From: the human T2T-CHM13v2.0 reference genome, Homo sapiens
Length of the DNA: 64,000 bases
Direction: 5' to 3' (one strand)
Assembly: GCF_009914755.1 (NCBI RefSeq)
Contig: NC_060930.1
The notes under the pieces are model-generated. The model was not told the origin of the DNA. It ran no database searches and saw nothing but the letters and a program-made list of their open reading frames with translations. The translations under genes were made by a program, and so were the position numbers. This document shows positions 1 to 15,560 of this stretch, piece by piece. Every line of letters begins with the position of its first letter. Within the stretch, counting starts at the first letter, position 1.

Positions 1-71
1 AGAGACTGTACGGCCCACAAAACTGAAAGTATTTGCCATCCTGCCCTTAACAGAAACATTTGCTGACACCT
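1..71 (+). mobile_element. MER58 (hAT-Charlie) 3' end
   Basis: agagactgtacggcccacaaaactgaaagtatttgccatc...tttgctgacacct resembles the MER58 terminus. Confidence 0.75.
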
Positions 72-124
72 CAATTATAGGATAAGCAAAGCCCCCAACC
101 CTAGAATTTAAGGTGTGTGGAACC

Positions 125-127
<3 letters not shown>

Positions 128-157
<30 letters not shown>
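128..157. repeat. (CA)n microsatellite
   Basis: about 15 CA units followed by a T run. Confidence 0.95.
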
Positions 158-159
<2 letters not shown>

Positions 160-625
160 ATTTTTTTTTTTTCAGGAAACAGCTTATTTGCCTTTTTTTT
201 GCAAAATGCTTCTGAGAAATTAGCCTTGTTAATGTGTAACTTTTTTGATGCCATGCTATTGAGATAGCAGCATTGGATACTAACTACATACGTCACAGAT
301 TTTACTCTTTTGAAGGAGTTTCAGTTTCCGTGGGCTGGATTCGTAAGTGAACTGATCTGATGAGAACTCTAAGTTATTGCTAAGGCATTTTTTATTCTGT
401 TAAATATGATCCTGTGGAGCCTGAGGTCCTAGCTTTCTTTACACTTGAGCTGTGAGGAGAGATGTGACAACATTTCAGAGACATGTAAGCTCTTGGAGAC
501 ATATTTATAACCTTCCTCCACCTTTGTTCTGTGTTTATAGTGGACAGAGGTTTAGGGCTGGTAGGTTGTGCCTGCAGGAGTGCTGAACTTGAACTTAGAG
601 AAAGCTGGGGTCAGTCAAAGAAAGT

Positions 626-1476
626 CTAAGGTCAGAGGAAATGAAGGTTAATGAGGCCGGGTTCCTGCCCTCTAGGGGCTTACATGCTATTGGGAGTGAC
701 TGATTCTTTTCCTAAAAGAGTGATAAATGCCCTCAATAAGACATGCACGTGGAATATGAGAACATGGTGTGGAGGAGGAGAGTGGAGATGGGGCCATTCA
801 CACGGGGAGCCACAGCCAAGGCTTACATGAGCTTATGTGCAATGTCATAGAACTACAAAAGCTGAGAACAAGCGAGTGTCAGGGTGGCAAGTGGACAACA
901 TGGAGGGAACATGGGGCATTTGGCCTTTGGCATTTTCTCAGGGGCTCAGAATTGGTTTGCACGGATGGGTCAGTTTCACTTTAAAGGGTTTAAAGGTGAG
1001 GAATAGAGCTACTCAGTAAATGTTTACAACAACCAAATACATTAAGGGGGAGATAAATAGGTTTTAGGACCAAGCAGGGCTACTTTTATGGGTTCAAAGG
1101 ACCTATGATGACCAGTCCTAGCACATAATAATTTCTAAATAAACATTGGTTGATTTAATACATAAGCTCTTTGGTATTTGAAATGAACTACTGAAAAATT
1201 GGCATTTTTGACATGAGGCTTCATGTTTGCAGCCAAATGACTGGAAATTCTGTTTCTCCACATGTATCGACCATATGCTAGATACTGCGCTAAGGTCGGG
1301 GGAATGGAGGTGAACAGGGCTCATTTCCTGCCCTTTGGGGACTTACATGCTGTTGGGAATGACTGATACTTTCCTAAAAAGGTGATAAATGCCCCGAATA
1401 AAGCATGTACATGGAACACAAGCACATGGTGTGGAGGGACGCTTATTGGAGGAGGAGAGTAGGGACAAGGCCTTCA
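626..1476. repeat. diverged direct duplication of an L2-derived segment (626-800 and 1290-1476)
   Basis: shared blocks ctaaggtc, ttcctgccct, cttacatgct, gtgataaatgccc, catggtgtggagg. Confidence 0.8.
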
Positions 1477-1525
1477 GAAAGGACTCCTGGAGGAGGAGAC
1501 CGCCTTATCCTGCTCTGCCTTTTGG

Positions 1526-2207
1526 TGCTATTGCCTGAATGTGTCCCTCCAAAAGTCATGTGTTGGAACCTAATACCCAATGTGGTAGTACGGTATTAAG
1601 AGGTGGGGCCTTTGGGGGAAATGATAAGGTCACAGGAGTTTTGGCCTCATGCTCTTACAAAAGAGGCTGAAGGGAGCTGCCTTGCATCTTGTGAGATGCT
1701 GCCATGTGAGAACGCAACAAGGAGGCCCATCTGTGAAGTGGAGAGCCAGCCCTGACCTGACGCTGAATCTGTTGGCTCCTTGATCTTGGACTTCCCAGCC
1801 TCAGGAAGTGCGATAAATCAATTTCTTATTAATTTAATTAATTTTATTCACTTTATTGTATTTAGAGACAGGGTCTTATTCTGTCACTCAGGCTGGAGTG
1901 CAGTGATCGTGGCTCACTGTGGCCTTGACCTCCTGGGGTAAAGTGATCCTCCCACCTCAGTCTCCTGAGTAGCTGGGGCCACAGGCACATGCCACCACAC
2001 CTGGCTAACTTTTTAATTTTTTCATAGACATCAGGTCTCACTGTGTTGCATGGGTTTGTCTTGAATTCCTGGGCCCAAACAATGCTCTGCCTCGGCCTCC
2101 AAAGTGCTGGGATTACAGGTATGAGCCACCATGCCTGGCCAATTTCTATTATGTATAAAGTATTCAGTCTAGTTATTTTGTGATAGCAGCAGGAATGGGC
2201 TAAGACA
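1526..2207 (+). mobile_element. MLT1A-type MaLR solo LTR interrupted by an Alu
   Basis: tgctat...gaatgtgtccctccaaaa start, ttgatcttggacttcccagcctc core, ctaagaca end. Confidence 0.85.
1831..2140 (-). mobile_element. AluJ
   Basis: antisense Alu with J-type arm; TSD about aatttct(t)att. Confidence 0.9.
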
Positions 2208-3914
2208 CTAGGGATGTCCTTTTCCTTAGAAAGGGAGGTATATGGGAAGCCTGCGTACAGGCCTCTGAGGATGGACCTTGGGACAGAAGCTCAGACAAGG
2301 GGTGTTGGGGAAGCCTTTGCCCACCATAGTCTGACTTTACCTGCTGACAGTCTATCCCTAAGCTCAGTCCTTTCTGAAAGAGAAGAGAGCCCAACTGTGT
2401 AAGACAAGCAGCTTCCATTCTAAGAGCAAGACAGTGTAAGTTCTGTGGAATTGTGAAAAGCGAATGCAGCCCCGTCGGCAGTGAACCAGACAGACCACTG
2501 AAGCTGGGGTGCAGCCCACAACCCCTCCTTCCTCAGAACCTGGCCCAGCTTTCCATGATGGGTTCTGTTCCTTTCTTTCATAGAATCCTTCCCTTTTTCC
2601 CAAGAGATTTTATAATTAATAGAGATGAAGAAAGGCAGGAAATCTGTGATAGAGTACAAACTTCCACACAGGCCAGATTAAACACACACACACGCACATA
2701 CACACACAGCAGCCCACAAAGTAACTCAGTCTGGTGGGAAGAGATCAAAGGGCAGCCATATGACTGGGCTGGCAAAGGGCTCCTTTCCCAGGCAGTCCAC
2801 ATCCTGCCCCTTCGTAGATGAGACAAGTCAAAGGAGGAAGTGTGCAGTACAGTGAGTGAGTGCAGTTCTCAGGGATATGGTCTTAGTTCAAGGGCTCCAG
2901 GAGTGTGCTGTGAGCATGGGAATGATAAGCTCACATCTGCTTGTATTCATAAACAGCTCCAGGAGGTGCGGTTTTAAATTACCACCCTACCACTGCTAAA
3001 CCTCCTCTGTAATCCTATAAAGATGTCAGGTACAGATAGACCTTGGAAGGGCAGAGCCCTATCTGACAACCCTGTATCAAATAGCTGGAGAGCCTGAGGA
3101 TTGGGTTGCAACAGGAATACCCTAATCTTGATTACATTGTTTTTCCTCTCCCTAAAAGGGTGGGATTGGATTTGGAGGTGGGAGGAGAATCTGCAATGGA
3201 GTTACCGACACCATGTAAGGAAAACCTTGGAGGCTGCTATTCCCATTTGGAGGGATCAGCAAAAAGGCCAGCAGACAAGCCTGCCACTATTCGTAATCCT
3301 TCTTGCTTCTGCTGGCGAATCCTTCCAAGGCAGGCAGGCAGGCAGCAGCAGCTGGGGTGGAGGGACTGCTGTCCTGATGAAGGGGAGCTGAGTGCTGGCT
3401 TTGCTGTGCTCTGGAATTATTACCTGTAAGTGCAAGCAGCCAGGTGACTGCAGCTGTGATGGGGGGTGTGGAGACCCCGCCCATGCCAGCTGTCAGAGCC
3501 CCAAACAGCCAGGACAGCGCACGGGATTTATGCTTCCTCTCCGGCCTTTCAATGCTTCTGTAGATATACTTAGCAATTACAATGCTGGTTTGGGAATTTC
3601 CCTCGGATGAGACAGGACTTGTTTCCAAAATAACACCTTTCAAAGCATGCAGAGACTTTTAGAAATTAGATAATTGTGTGATATTTATAAAGTGAATTAC
3701 GTTGTGCTAACAAAGTCTGGGCAGATGGTTCTGATGCTGAAGTAAATAACACCTTATGATTCATTAAGGTTGGGAAAAAAAGGATTTTTAAAAAGTTGCT
3801 ACTTTACAGCTGAGTCTTTGCAAGAAACTTAGACAACTCACCAAGTAGGCAATACATTTTCAAGGTAAAATGTTAATGTCTGGGTGTGCGTGGCATGGTT
3901 AAGTTGTCCTGTTT

Positions 3915-4210
3915 CACTCATAACACTTAGTGAGCATTTAAAATATGCTTATCCCTGGATGCAGAGAGACACAAAGATGATACTTTATTGCTCTTGTCCT
4001 CCATGGATTCTCAGTCTAGTGAGGGAGACAGATGTATAAACAGATAATTGCAATACAGTGAGCTAAGTGCTAACAGAAGGATAGAAGAAATGCCATAATG
4101 GTGGGAGGGATATCAATTTACAGTGTGAATGGAGAAGAGAGAACAGCCTCACAGAGGAGTTACATTTGAGCAGTATGTGAAGGAAGAGGAAGGATTTTGA
4201 AAGGAGAGAA
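3915..4210 (-). mobile_element. L2 3' region
   Basis: tctcagtctagtgagggagacagatgtataaacagataatt typical antisense L2 end. Confidence 0.7.
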
Positions 4211-4214
4211 GGAT

Positions 4215-4602
4215 GTTGCCTCTTTGTGGCTCCTCATTCACCAGCATCTTCATACCCCAGGGCCTTTGCACATTCGTATTCACCTTTGGTTCCTCTTTTT
4301 TACCAGCTCCTTCTTACCTAGGGCCCTCTGCCTGGAAAACTTCTTTCATCTCTCTTACCTGGTTCAATCCCTTAGAAGTTACATCCCATGTTAACTCTTT
4401 CAGGGAGGTCGGACTTCTCTAAGTCAACTCTATTATAAACGTTCACTCATCAAGTATCTCATCTTTAGAGCAGTTATCCCAGCTGCACTTTTACATTATT
4501 GGCATGACTATTTGAATGATATCTGTTTTTCCCACTAGGCAGAGCCTGTCTCTTTTTATTTGACTTTGTTTCTTGACTAAATAAACGTTCGTTGAATGAA
4601 TT
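4215..4602 (+). mobile_element. L2 3' end
   Basis: cagggcctttgcaca ... ctctgcctggaa ... ataaacgttcgttgaatgaat. Confidence 0.7.
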
Positions 4603-5120
4603 AGACGAAGGGCGTTCCAGGTGTGAAAACACATGGTATGTTCAGAGAACAGCAAGTATTATGTTGGATCTTGGTGTATGTGAATTAGGGGAGGCCGAAG
4701 ATTAAGCCATTTAAGGAACTTTGAAGATCTAAACTTCTGTTTATATACTAGCTCAGCTAATATTTTTAAGTATTAAGAGGCATTTCAAAGATCTGCCTCT
4801 TCGTTATTATATTATCAGTATCAGATAGTTTAAGTCAAAGATGAAGTGTTAAAAATGTTTTTTAAAGTTTTTTTTGGCATATGGTTTTGGGGCTCAAATA
4901 TATGTACTTTAAAAATGTGATTCAAGTATAACATACATATAGAAAAACGCACAGCACATAATTGTACGACTGGATGGATTATCACAAAGCAAACATATGT
5001 GTAACTCTCATGCAAGTCAAGGAATTGGGATACTTCCTAGAGCCTGAATTGTGAAATTCAGCACGTGTACTGCATCAGAAATGGAAGCGGATGAGCTAGA
5101 AGATTCTCTGCCAGCCTCTA

Positions 5121-5828
<708 letters not shown>

Positions 5829-5857
5829 CTAAGCAACTTTGGGGTTGCATATAAGAC

Positions 5858-6080
5858 AATGGTGCTGAGTATAAGAATGTAAGACTTGGGACTGAACGCC
5901 TGCTCTGTCACCTATTAGCTGGGTGTCCTTTAGTCACTTTTAGTTAATTTCTCTGTGTCTCACTTTCCTTATTCATTACATGCGGATAATAATGTACCTC
6001 ATGTGGTGGTTAGGATTTAATGCATTCGTGGATGTAAAGTACTTACAATATGACCTAGCAGAGAGTAAGCACTCGGTAAA
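5858..6080 (+). mobile_element. MIR
   Basis: gctctgtcacctattagctgggtg...ctctgtgtctcactttcc core; agtaagcactc end. Confidence 0.75.
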
Positions 6081-6427
6081 AAAGAAAAGCTCTCTAGTTG
6101 AAAAAACCTTGTTTTTGCCTTATAGGAATGTGGTCGTCCCTAATGGGCTACCACAGTAATGAGGACTTTTGAGAGAGAGACTTTTTGGTATAATAAAATA
6201 ATTTCCTACTGAAATGGACTGTGGGACTTTGCTTGTAAATGACTCCGCCCTAATGTATCTGCCGTATAGTATTTACAAGTTTGGGATTTCATGCTATTAA
6301 TAGAACAAACCATAACGTTTTTCCTTATTTAAAATCCAGTTTCTCCATTTTCTCGTAGCATGTGAGCAGGATAGGTAGAAGAAAACCACCAGATTTCCCT
6401 CAATATACTATTTTAAAATACTTATCA

Positions 6428-6745
6428 GGTCCAGATTACAGTGGCTTTTGCTGTAATCTCAGTGCTTCAGGAGGCGAACACAGGAGGATCGCTTGAGGCC
6501 AGGAGTTCCAGACCGCATGGACAATATAGTGAGAGCCCCATCTCTACAAAAAATTAAAAAATTAGCCAGTCATGGTGGCACATGTCTGTAGCCCTGGCTA
6601 CTTAGGAGGCTAACGCAGGAGGATCGCTTGAGCCCAAGAGTTTGAGGCCACAGTAAGCTGATTGTACTACGGCATTCAGCCTGGGCTACAAAGACCCTGT
6701 CTCTGTAAACAAACAAACAGACCAAAAAAAAAAAAACAACAAAAA
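6428..6745 (+). mobile_element. AluJ
   Basis: ggaggatcgcttgag in both arms, gaccctgtctct, A tail. Confidence 0.9.
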
Positions 6746-7103
6746 CCCTTATTGTGTAGTTTTAATTGTAGCACTGAAATTTGAGGGAATTATTTAAAAA
6801 TAGATCTTGACTTGCTACTCTTTGAATTGGTTGTTGTGGCATTGTTTTGCTAGCTGTTAAACTCCATAAATAGTTTATACATGATTACAACTTGATCACA
6901 TTTGTCCTATAATTTCAAGGCTTCTATGATTTTCTGACTCTAGGCACCATTAAGCCTCTTCCCATGGTGATGACCAAGACTGGGGGTATGTGTGTATGTA
7001 TAAGGATTGATGGTTCACAGTTCTAAGTCCCCACTCTGTGATAGGTGGTGCACAGAACATCTCAGTACCTGTGCTGTCTGTACTTGATCCTTGGCAATGT
7101 CGC

Positions 7104-7386
7104 TTTTTTTTTTCCCCTGTCCCCCAGGCTGGAATGCAGTGGTGTGATCAGCTCACTGCAGCCTTGAACTCCTGGGCTCAAGCAGTCTTCCTGCCTCAGC
7201 CTCCCAAGTAGCTGGGATTACAAGTGCGTGCCACTATACCCAGCTAATTAATTTTTTTTTTTTTTTTAAGAAATAGAGCCTGTCTCATTTTGCCCAGGCT
7301 GGTCTTGAGCTCCTAGGCTCAAGTGATCTTCCTGCCTCAGCTTTCCAAAGCACTGGGGTTCTAGGTGTGAGCCACTGCACTTGCCC
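7104..7386 (-). mobile_element. AluJ
   Basis: antisense dimer, gcagccttgaactcctgggctcaag. Confidence 0.9.
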
Positions 7387-7718
7387 AAGCTCACTTTTTA
7401 AACAAGATAGGAGAGTCAATATTGTAACTTTGATAGAGGACAAAGGATGTATAAAAGGAACAACTGCCTTTGTAAATGATGCCAAGAACAGGATATGATT
7501 TTATAGACCAGGACTTTGTATATAAAAGTGACAGAGTCATGGATATGGATGGGATGCATCTCAGGAAAAAACAGGAAGCATGCATGTTGGAAGGGAATGT
7601 CACTTTAATCCTCAAGGTTATAAGCGCACATTTGTGTATATTTCGTGGGGAAGGGAGGCTGTGAGAAAACTGCAAGAGTGGGAAGGTAACAAGAATGATC
7701 TCTGGACAGCCGCCATAG

Positions 7719-8033
<315 letters not shown>

Positions 8034-8194
8034 TAGAAAGGGAATTTGAAATTAATATAGAGAGGTAAATTTAATTGCTTAGAAAGCACTGATACCGAGG
8101 TACTCCTTCTTGGTAATGAAAGAGCCTATAGAAGGGTACACACATGTATGTATATATATATGTACAAATGTATGTAAGTACCTATTTTTCTACC

Positions 8195-8420
8195 ATATCA
8201 GATACCATGTACAGAGATTTCAATTTATTATTTAGGTCTATTCTGAAAACAATCCTGAGTATTTAATATTATTAGCCCCACTTCAGAGATAAGGAAACTG
8301 AGACCAGGAAAGCTAAGTATCTTGGCAACGTGCTTAACACCATATAGACATCTAACAGTGGTAATGTGGATTAGACCTAAGGCTGTGTAACTTTAAACCC
8401 CAGATTCTGTCTGTTCTCTT
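8195..8420 (-). mobile_element. MIR
   Basis: ccccacttcagagataaggaaactgagac core. Confidence 0.65.
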
Positions 8421-8474
8421 ACAGTGACTCTCATTTATGAGGAGGAATGCACCTACATTAAAAATACAACAACA

Positions 8475-8909
<435 letters not shown>

Positions 8910-9382
8910 TTAAAGCTTGAATTACAAACTTAACATAGTAAAATGAGACTAAGGAGGTGAGACCTCCAATGTCCAGACCATTGCAATGAATCTCTTTTCT
9001 TGCTAAAAACAGCATGTAGTAAAACCTGGACTTGCTATTCAAACAGTTTTATCTCCCGAAGTTTAAGTAGATAACCCAGAAAGTAGAGCACAAAGTTTAA
9101 TTTTAACAAAGAAAATTTAGAACTGGTTGGGAAGTGGCAGGAACCTGGGCAAAAGTAGCATTATTTCAAAAATCAGAATGAAAGGAAAGAAGAGTAGGCA
9201 TAGGATGATGTAGACCTCAGATGCCGAATGACTAAGAGATTTTCTATTGAGTACCATTTCTCATCGGGTGTAGCTTTGCCTTCAGTGCTCTTTTGAGAAG
9301 TCTTTTGAGACCACGTCCAAACTGCATAGGTAAAGTTAGTTTCTATGGGTGTTTGAATAAAAAAATGGCTTTATGTGAGCTA

Positions 9383-9830
<448 letters not shown>

Positions 9831-9874
9831 TTATCACAAGCCAGAGCTTTCCCATCCGATGCTTATGTCATTCA

Positions 9875-10165
9875 TTTTTTTTTGATACTGGGTCTCACTC
9901 TGTTGCCCAGGCTGAAGTGTAGTAGTGTGATCATATCTCACTGCCACCTAAAACTCCTGGGCTCAAGCAGTTCTCCCTGCTCAGCCTCTTGAGTAGCTGG
10001 GACTACAGCATGTGGCAACATGCCCAGCTAACTTTTTAATTTTTTGTAGAGATGGAGTCTTGCTATGTTACTTAGGCTGGCCTCGAACTCCTGGGCTCCA
10101 GCAATCCTTCCATGTTGGCCTCCCAAAGTGCTAGGTTTATAGGTGTGAGCCACTGTGCCCCAGCC
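9875..10165 (-). mobile_element. AluJ
   Basis: diverged antisense dimer. Confidence 0.9.
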
Positions 10166-10581
10166 ATGTGGCTCATTCTCAAACACTTGAATGAGGAATT
10201 TTCCATTTGTCTCTATTAAACCCCATTGTGTGAGTTGGGGCTTATTGTTCCCTTCTGTCAAGATTTGATTCAGTGGTTCTGACGTGCACAGTACGGTGCT
10301 AAGTGGTGTAGATAGATCATCAATGCCTGAGTCTCAGGGAGGTTGTGGTGTAGAGATGAGATTAAAAAACCAACAAGCAAAATAAATGACCATAATGGGC
10401 GTTCTAGGAGTCAGAGAGGACTAGAATACATTCAGTTGTGTGTAATCAAGAAAGATAGCCAGGCAGCTTTTGTACTGGGAAGATGATGGGTGTGAGCTAT
10501 CTTCCTGCCCGAAAAATTAACACAGTGCCTGGTTTATCATAGACAAAAACAGGTACAAAATAAGTGAAAAATATATGTTAA

Positions 10582-10946
<365 letters not shown>

Positions 10947-11078
10947 TTATGGTTTGGAATGCAGAGTATTCTGAGGAAACATGTAGGTAAATATGGAGCT
11001 TCAAATCCTAAAGAATTTTTCAATAAAAGTGAGTTATTTAGTTTTTATGGTATATTGGAGCATATTTTTGAATCTTAA

Positions 11079-11853
<775 letters not shown>

Positions 11854-11959
11854 CATTCAAGTTATTTAAGCAAATATTGAACAGGACAGAGTAAGTAGAA
11901 ACTTAAAGGTATTCTTTAGTCTTCAGATCTATAATTTGACTTTGTCACATCTACTTAAA

Positions 11960-13420
11960 AACACTCATTGCGGGAAGAATGGTACAACAAGCTTTCATCT
12001 GGGATTATTTTTCTTCTGCCTAAAAGGTCGTTTTTGAATTTCTTCAGTTCAGGTATTCTGGTGATACAATCCCTCTGACTTTATTTAAAGGACTCTATCT
12101 TGCCTTTATTTTTAAGAAGTATTTTCACTGGGCATAGAATTCTTGGAAATTATTTTCTTTCAGTGCATTAAAGATATCATTTCTGATATCAAACCTTCTG
12201 GCTACCATGTTTCCATTGAGAGTCTTATATTTGCCATTTGAAAACTCTCTTCCCATAAGCACCGCCATCCCTGACAGCTTTAAAAAATGTTCTCTTTTCC
12301 AGTAGTTTTGAAATTTCATTTGTCTTTGAACTATAATGTTCTAGGTATAGATTTCCTTCTATTTACCTTACTCAATATTTGTAGCACTTCTTTTACTTGC
12401 GGCTTGAAGAAATTTATTTTGGAAAATTCTCTGCTATTATCCCTTTAGTATTGCTTTTACCTAATTCTCTTCTCTTTTCTGGGATTCTAATTAAATGTGT
12501 ATGAAACTATGTTCCACGTTACTTTCTGTTTTTCTCTCCATGCTTTAATCTGGATATTTTCTTACATATTATTCATTTTTCTTTTATCTCTTTAGCTGTA
12601 TACGATATGCTGCTGGACCCATCTTTTGAATATTTTCCTACCAGTAGTTATATTTCAAATTATAGAGTGCTCCTTTTGATTCATTTTACATGGAATCCTT
12701 TAGTTTTGCTGTCTGATTTATTAAACATATAAATCACAGTTTATACTTAAATCTCCTTCTGTTAACTACAATATCTTACTTCCCTATGGGTCTGTTTCTG
12801 TTGTTTCTTTTCTCTTGCTTTTTGGTTAATTCTTATTTTTGTAAGCAAAATTCTTATTTTATAAAATAAGCATCTTATTTTTATAAGCGTGAATGCTGGG
12901 CATTGTGTATTAAAATATAGAGACAATTTTACCTGTGTGTGATGTGGATTTCCTTTTCTTCTGGGGCTGGGCGGACAGGGTAAGGATGGATCACCTTGAT
13001 CTGTGCAGGGATTAAACTGTTCTGAAGATGGGCTTTAGTCTTTGTGAGGGCTGCTTCTGGTTTATGCTTACTTCTTTGGGTTAGCACTTTGGAATCACAG
13101 CTGAAAGTGGGGGTTGCAGGACCTTTTTCCCTTAGCAGGCTATGAACTCTGATTTTTGCCTGTCCTGCTCTCGGAAGCTGAAATAAACCTGTTCAACTTA
13201 GTTTTCCACTGTCTGCAATAGAGTCAGCAAGTGGGTTAAAGAGAAGTCAAATGTCAGGCTCCCTTCTCTCCACAGTCATGACCTTTCAAATCATTGTACC
13301 TTGATAGTCCTCTAATACCTTCAAGCAGAGGCTGTTTTAACGATTTATTTTCCTGGTTATTTTAGCTCGCTGTTGGGAAGGTTGGTCTGATCTAATCTAG
13401 CCCATTATATTGAAGTAGAA
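11960..13420 (-). mobile_element. old L1 (L1M-type) ORF1/5' region
   Basis: minus-strand translation ARR...NDIFNALKENNFQ resembles L1 ORF1p C-terminus; T-rich flanks. Confidence 0.7.
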
Positions 13421-14127
13421 GTTGAAGTACTTCTTTAAGGCACTCTAATCCTACATGTTTTGATACCTTGATGCTATGTTCAATAATTTCAAATGCCAAG
13501 TTGCTGTTAACCTGTGCCATCTTGAACTCTTGTTTATCAGAAGTTTTTGATCAAGCTACTGAAAATTTTGTATAGCCATAACGAAAACACCTCAATGTTA
13601 TGTCATATGTTTGCATTTAAAGATAGTTTACAAATTTTACTCATATTATTGCATTTAATCTTTACAACAGTCATGTGATGTCAAATATCATGATTAAGTT
13701 CTCCATGGAGACTTATCTGTAATTTTAGTGAATAAAGAAAATCTGTATTAATTTACCTCTAGTTAAGTGAATATTCTGGAAAATGGGAATGAAAAGAAGG
13801 GGGTATTTGAGAGCAATTTAACAGGTTAATATTGAGATTAACCCGTTTGTGGAATGCAGAGTGGTGATCATTTTGCTTGGGTAAACGACGAGGATGGTTA
13901 TTCTTCCTTTAAGTAAAAGGAGATTCTATTAAGAGGAGAATTAAATTTTGGCAGGTTAATAATGAATGGATAAAATTAGTACTGAATTGTGCTCCCAGAA
14001 GGGAGAATTACTGTGGGCTAAAAAGAGCTTTGTGGTGGAGTTGAGATTATTATTGGACGTTTTGAGGAGGAGAGGAAATGAGAAGGAGGCAGGGCAATCT
14101 TAGGGGAGAATCTAAAATTAGAAACCA

Positions 14128-14232
14128 CTCCCCCTCCTCCTTCCTCCCCTCCTCCTTCCTCCCCTCCTCCTTCTTCCCCTCCTCCTTCTTCCCCTCCTCC
14201 TTCTTCTCCTCCTCCTTCCTCTCCTCCTCTCC
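14128..14232. repeat. 15-bp polypyrimidine tandem repeat (CCCTCCTCCTTCYTC) x about 7
   Basis: directly visible periodicity. Confidence 0.9.
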
Positions 14233-14331
14233 CCCCACCACCCCTTTCATTAAGGGCTTACAAAGTACCAGGCACTGTGCTATGTTTGTGCATACATCCT
14301 TATTTAATTTTCAACCCTATAAGATAGTTAA

Positions 14332-14712
<381 letters not shown>

Positions 14713-15444
14713 TAAAATGGAGCCAAGCGCTGAAGCATAACTTTGATAATGAGATTGTTGTCAATTATAGGGGTCCCTGAACTGAGTCCAAGTGAGTGCA
14801 TTCAGATTTTCACCTGAAGACAACTGGCCATGCAAAGTGCAATTTTCAGAAGATGGTGTAGACAGTAGAGTGCCCGATAGGTGGGATGCTGGTTGGGAGG
14901 TGGAGAACGTAGAGCACAGGGCACGGTTGGGGGCCACCTCTGCAGTACACAGTACATAAGGAAGTCCCCCTGCTGGAGCGGAACCAGCAGGAAGAGAAAA
15001 GATGGGGCTGATGTGAGATTTCAAAGCCAGAAAAGTCAGGACTTAGTGACTGTGAAGATGTGAAAGGTGACGGAGAGGAATGTTATAAAGAGGGTTTCAA
15101 GCCTGGGACAGAAGTTCTCCAAACTGTTGTTTCCTGCCTCTGTCCTTCCTGCATTCCTACCCTCCTAACTCAACAGGTGAGTAGGTGAGCGTCTCTGTCC
15201 ACGACTCCTTTCAGTTGCTACTCTCAGCCAAGTCTGGCCTGCAGCTCCCCTCAAACATCCTCCTGCCCTAGAATGTTCTCAGCGATTCCCTCCTGTTTTT
15301 ACTTTCTGTTAAGTGTGTATTTCCAATTTAGTATTGTGATTTCCTCCTTTTTCCCTTTCCCTTTTTTCCTTTTTCTTCCACTCCCAACCTTCCTCTTTTT
15401 CATTAATTTTTTTTTAATTTAAAATGTTTTGAACATATAAACTC

Positions 15445-15560
15445 AGTACTACATTGAGCTTTTTGGGTGCAGGGACCGTGATTTCTGTAGACTTCTATTT
15501 CTGTGATCCAGTACTATGTCTAACATGTATTACATGCTGAACATATGAATGAATAAATGG
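15445..15560 (+). mobile_element. L2 3' end
   Basis: gagc...gcagggaccgtg...tgaatgaataaatg. Confidence 0.6.

Noticed and set aside
176-342. Possible exon (T-run cag acceptor, TTC|gtaagt donor)
   Set aside because: The acceptor derives from a microsatellite-adjacent T run and the body is T-rich and intron-like; insufficient support
14050-14250. KKEEG repeat peptide
   Set aside because: Translation of the 15-bp pyrimidine repeat
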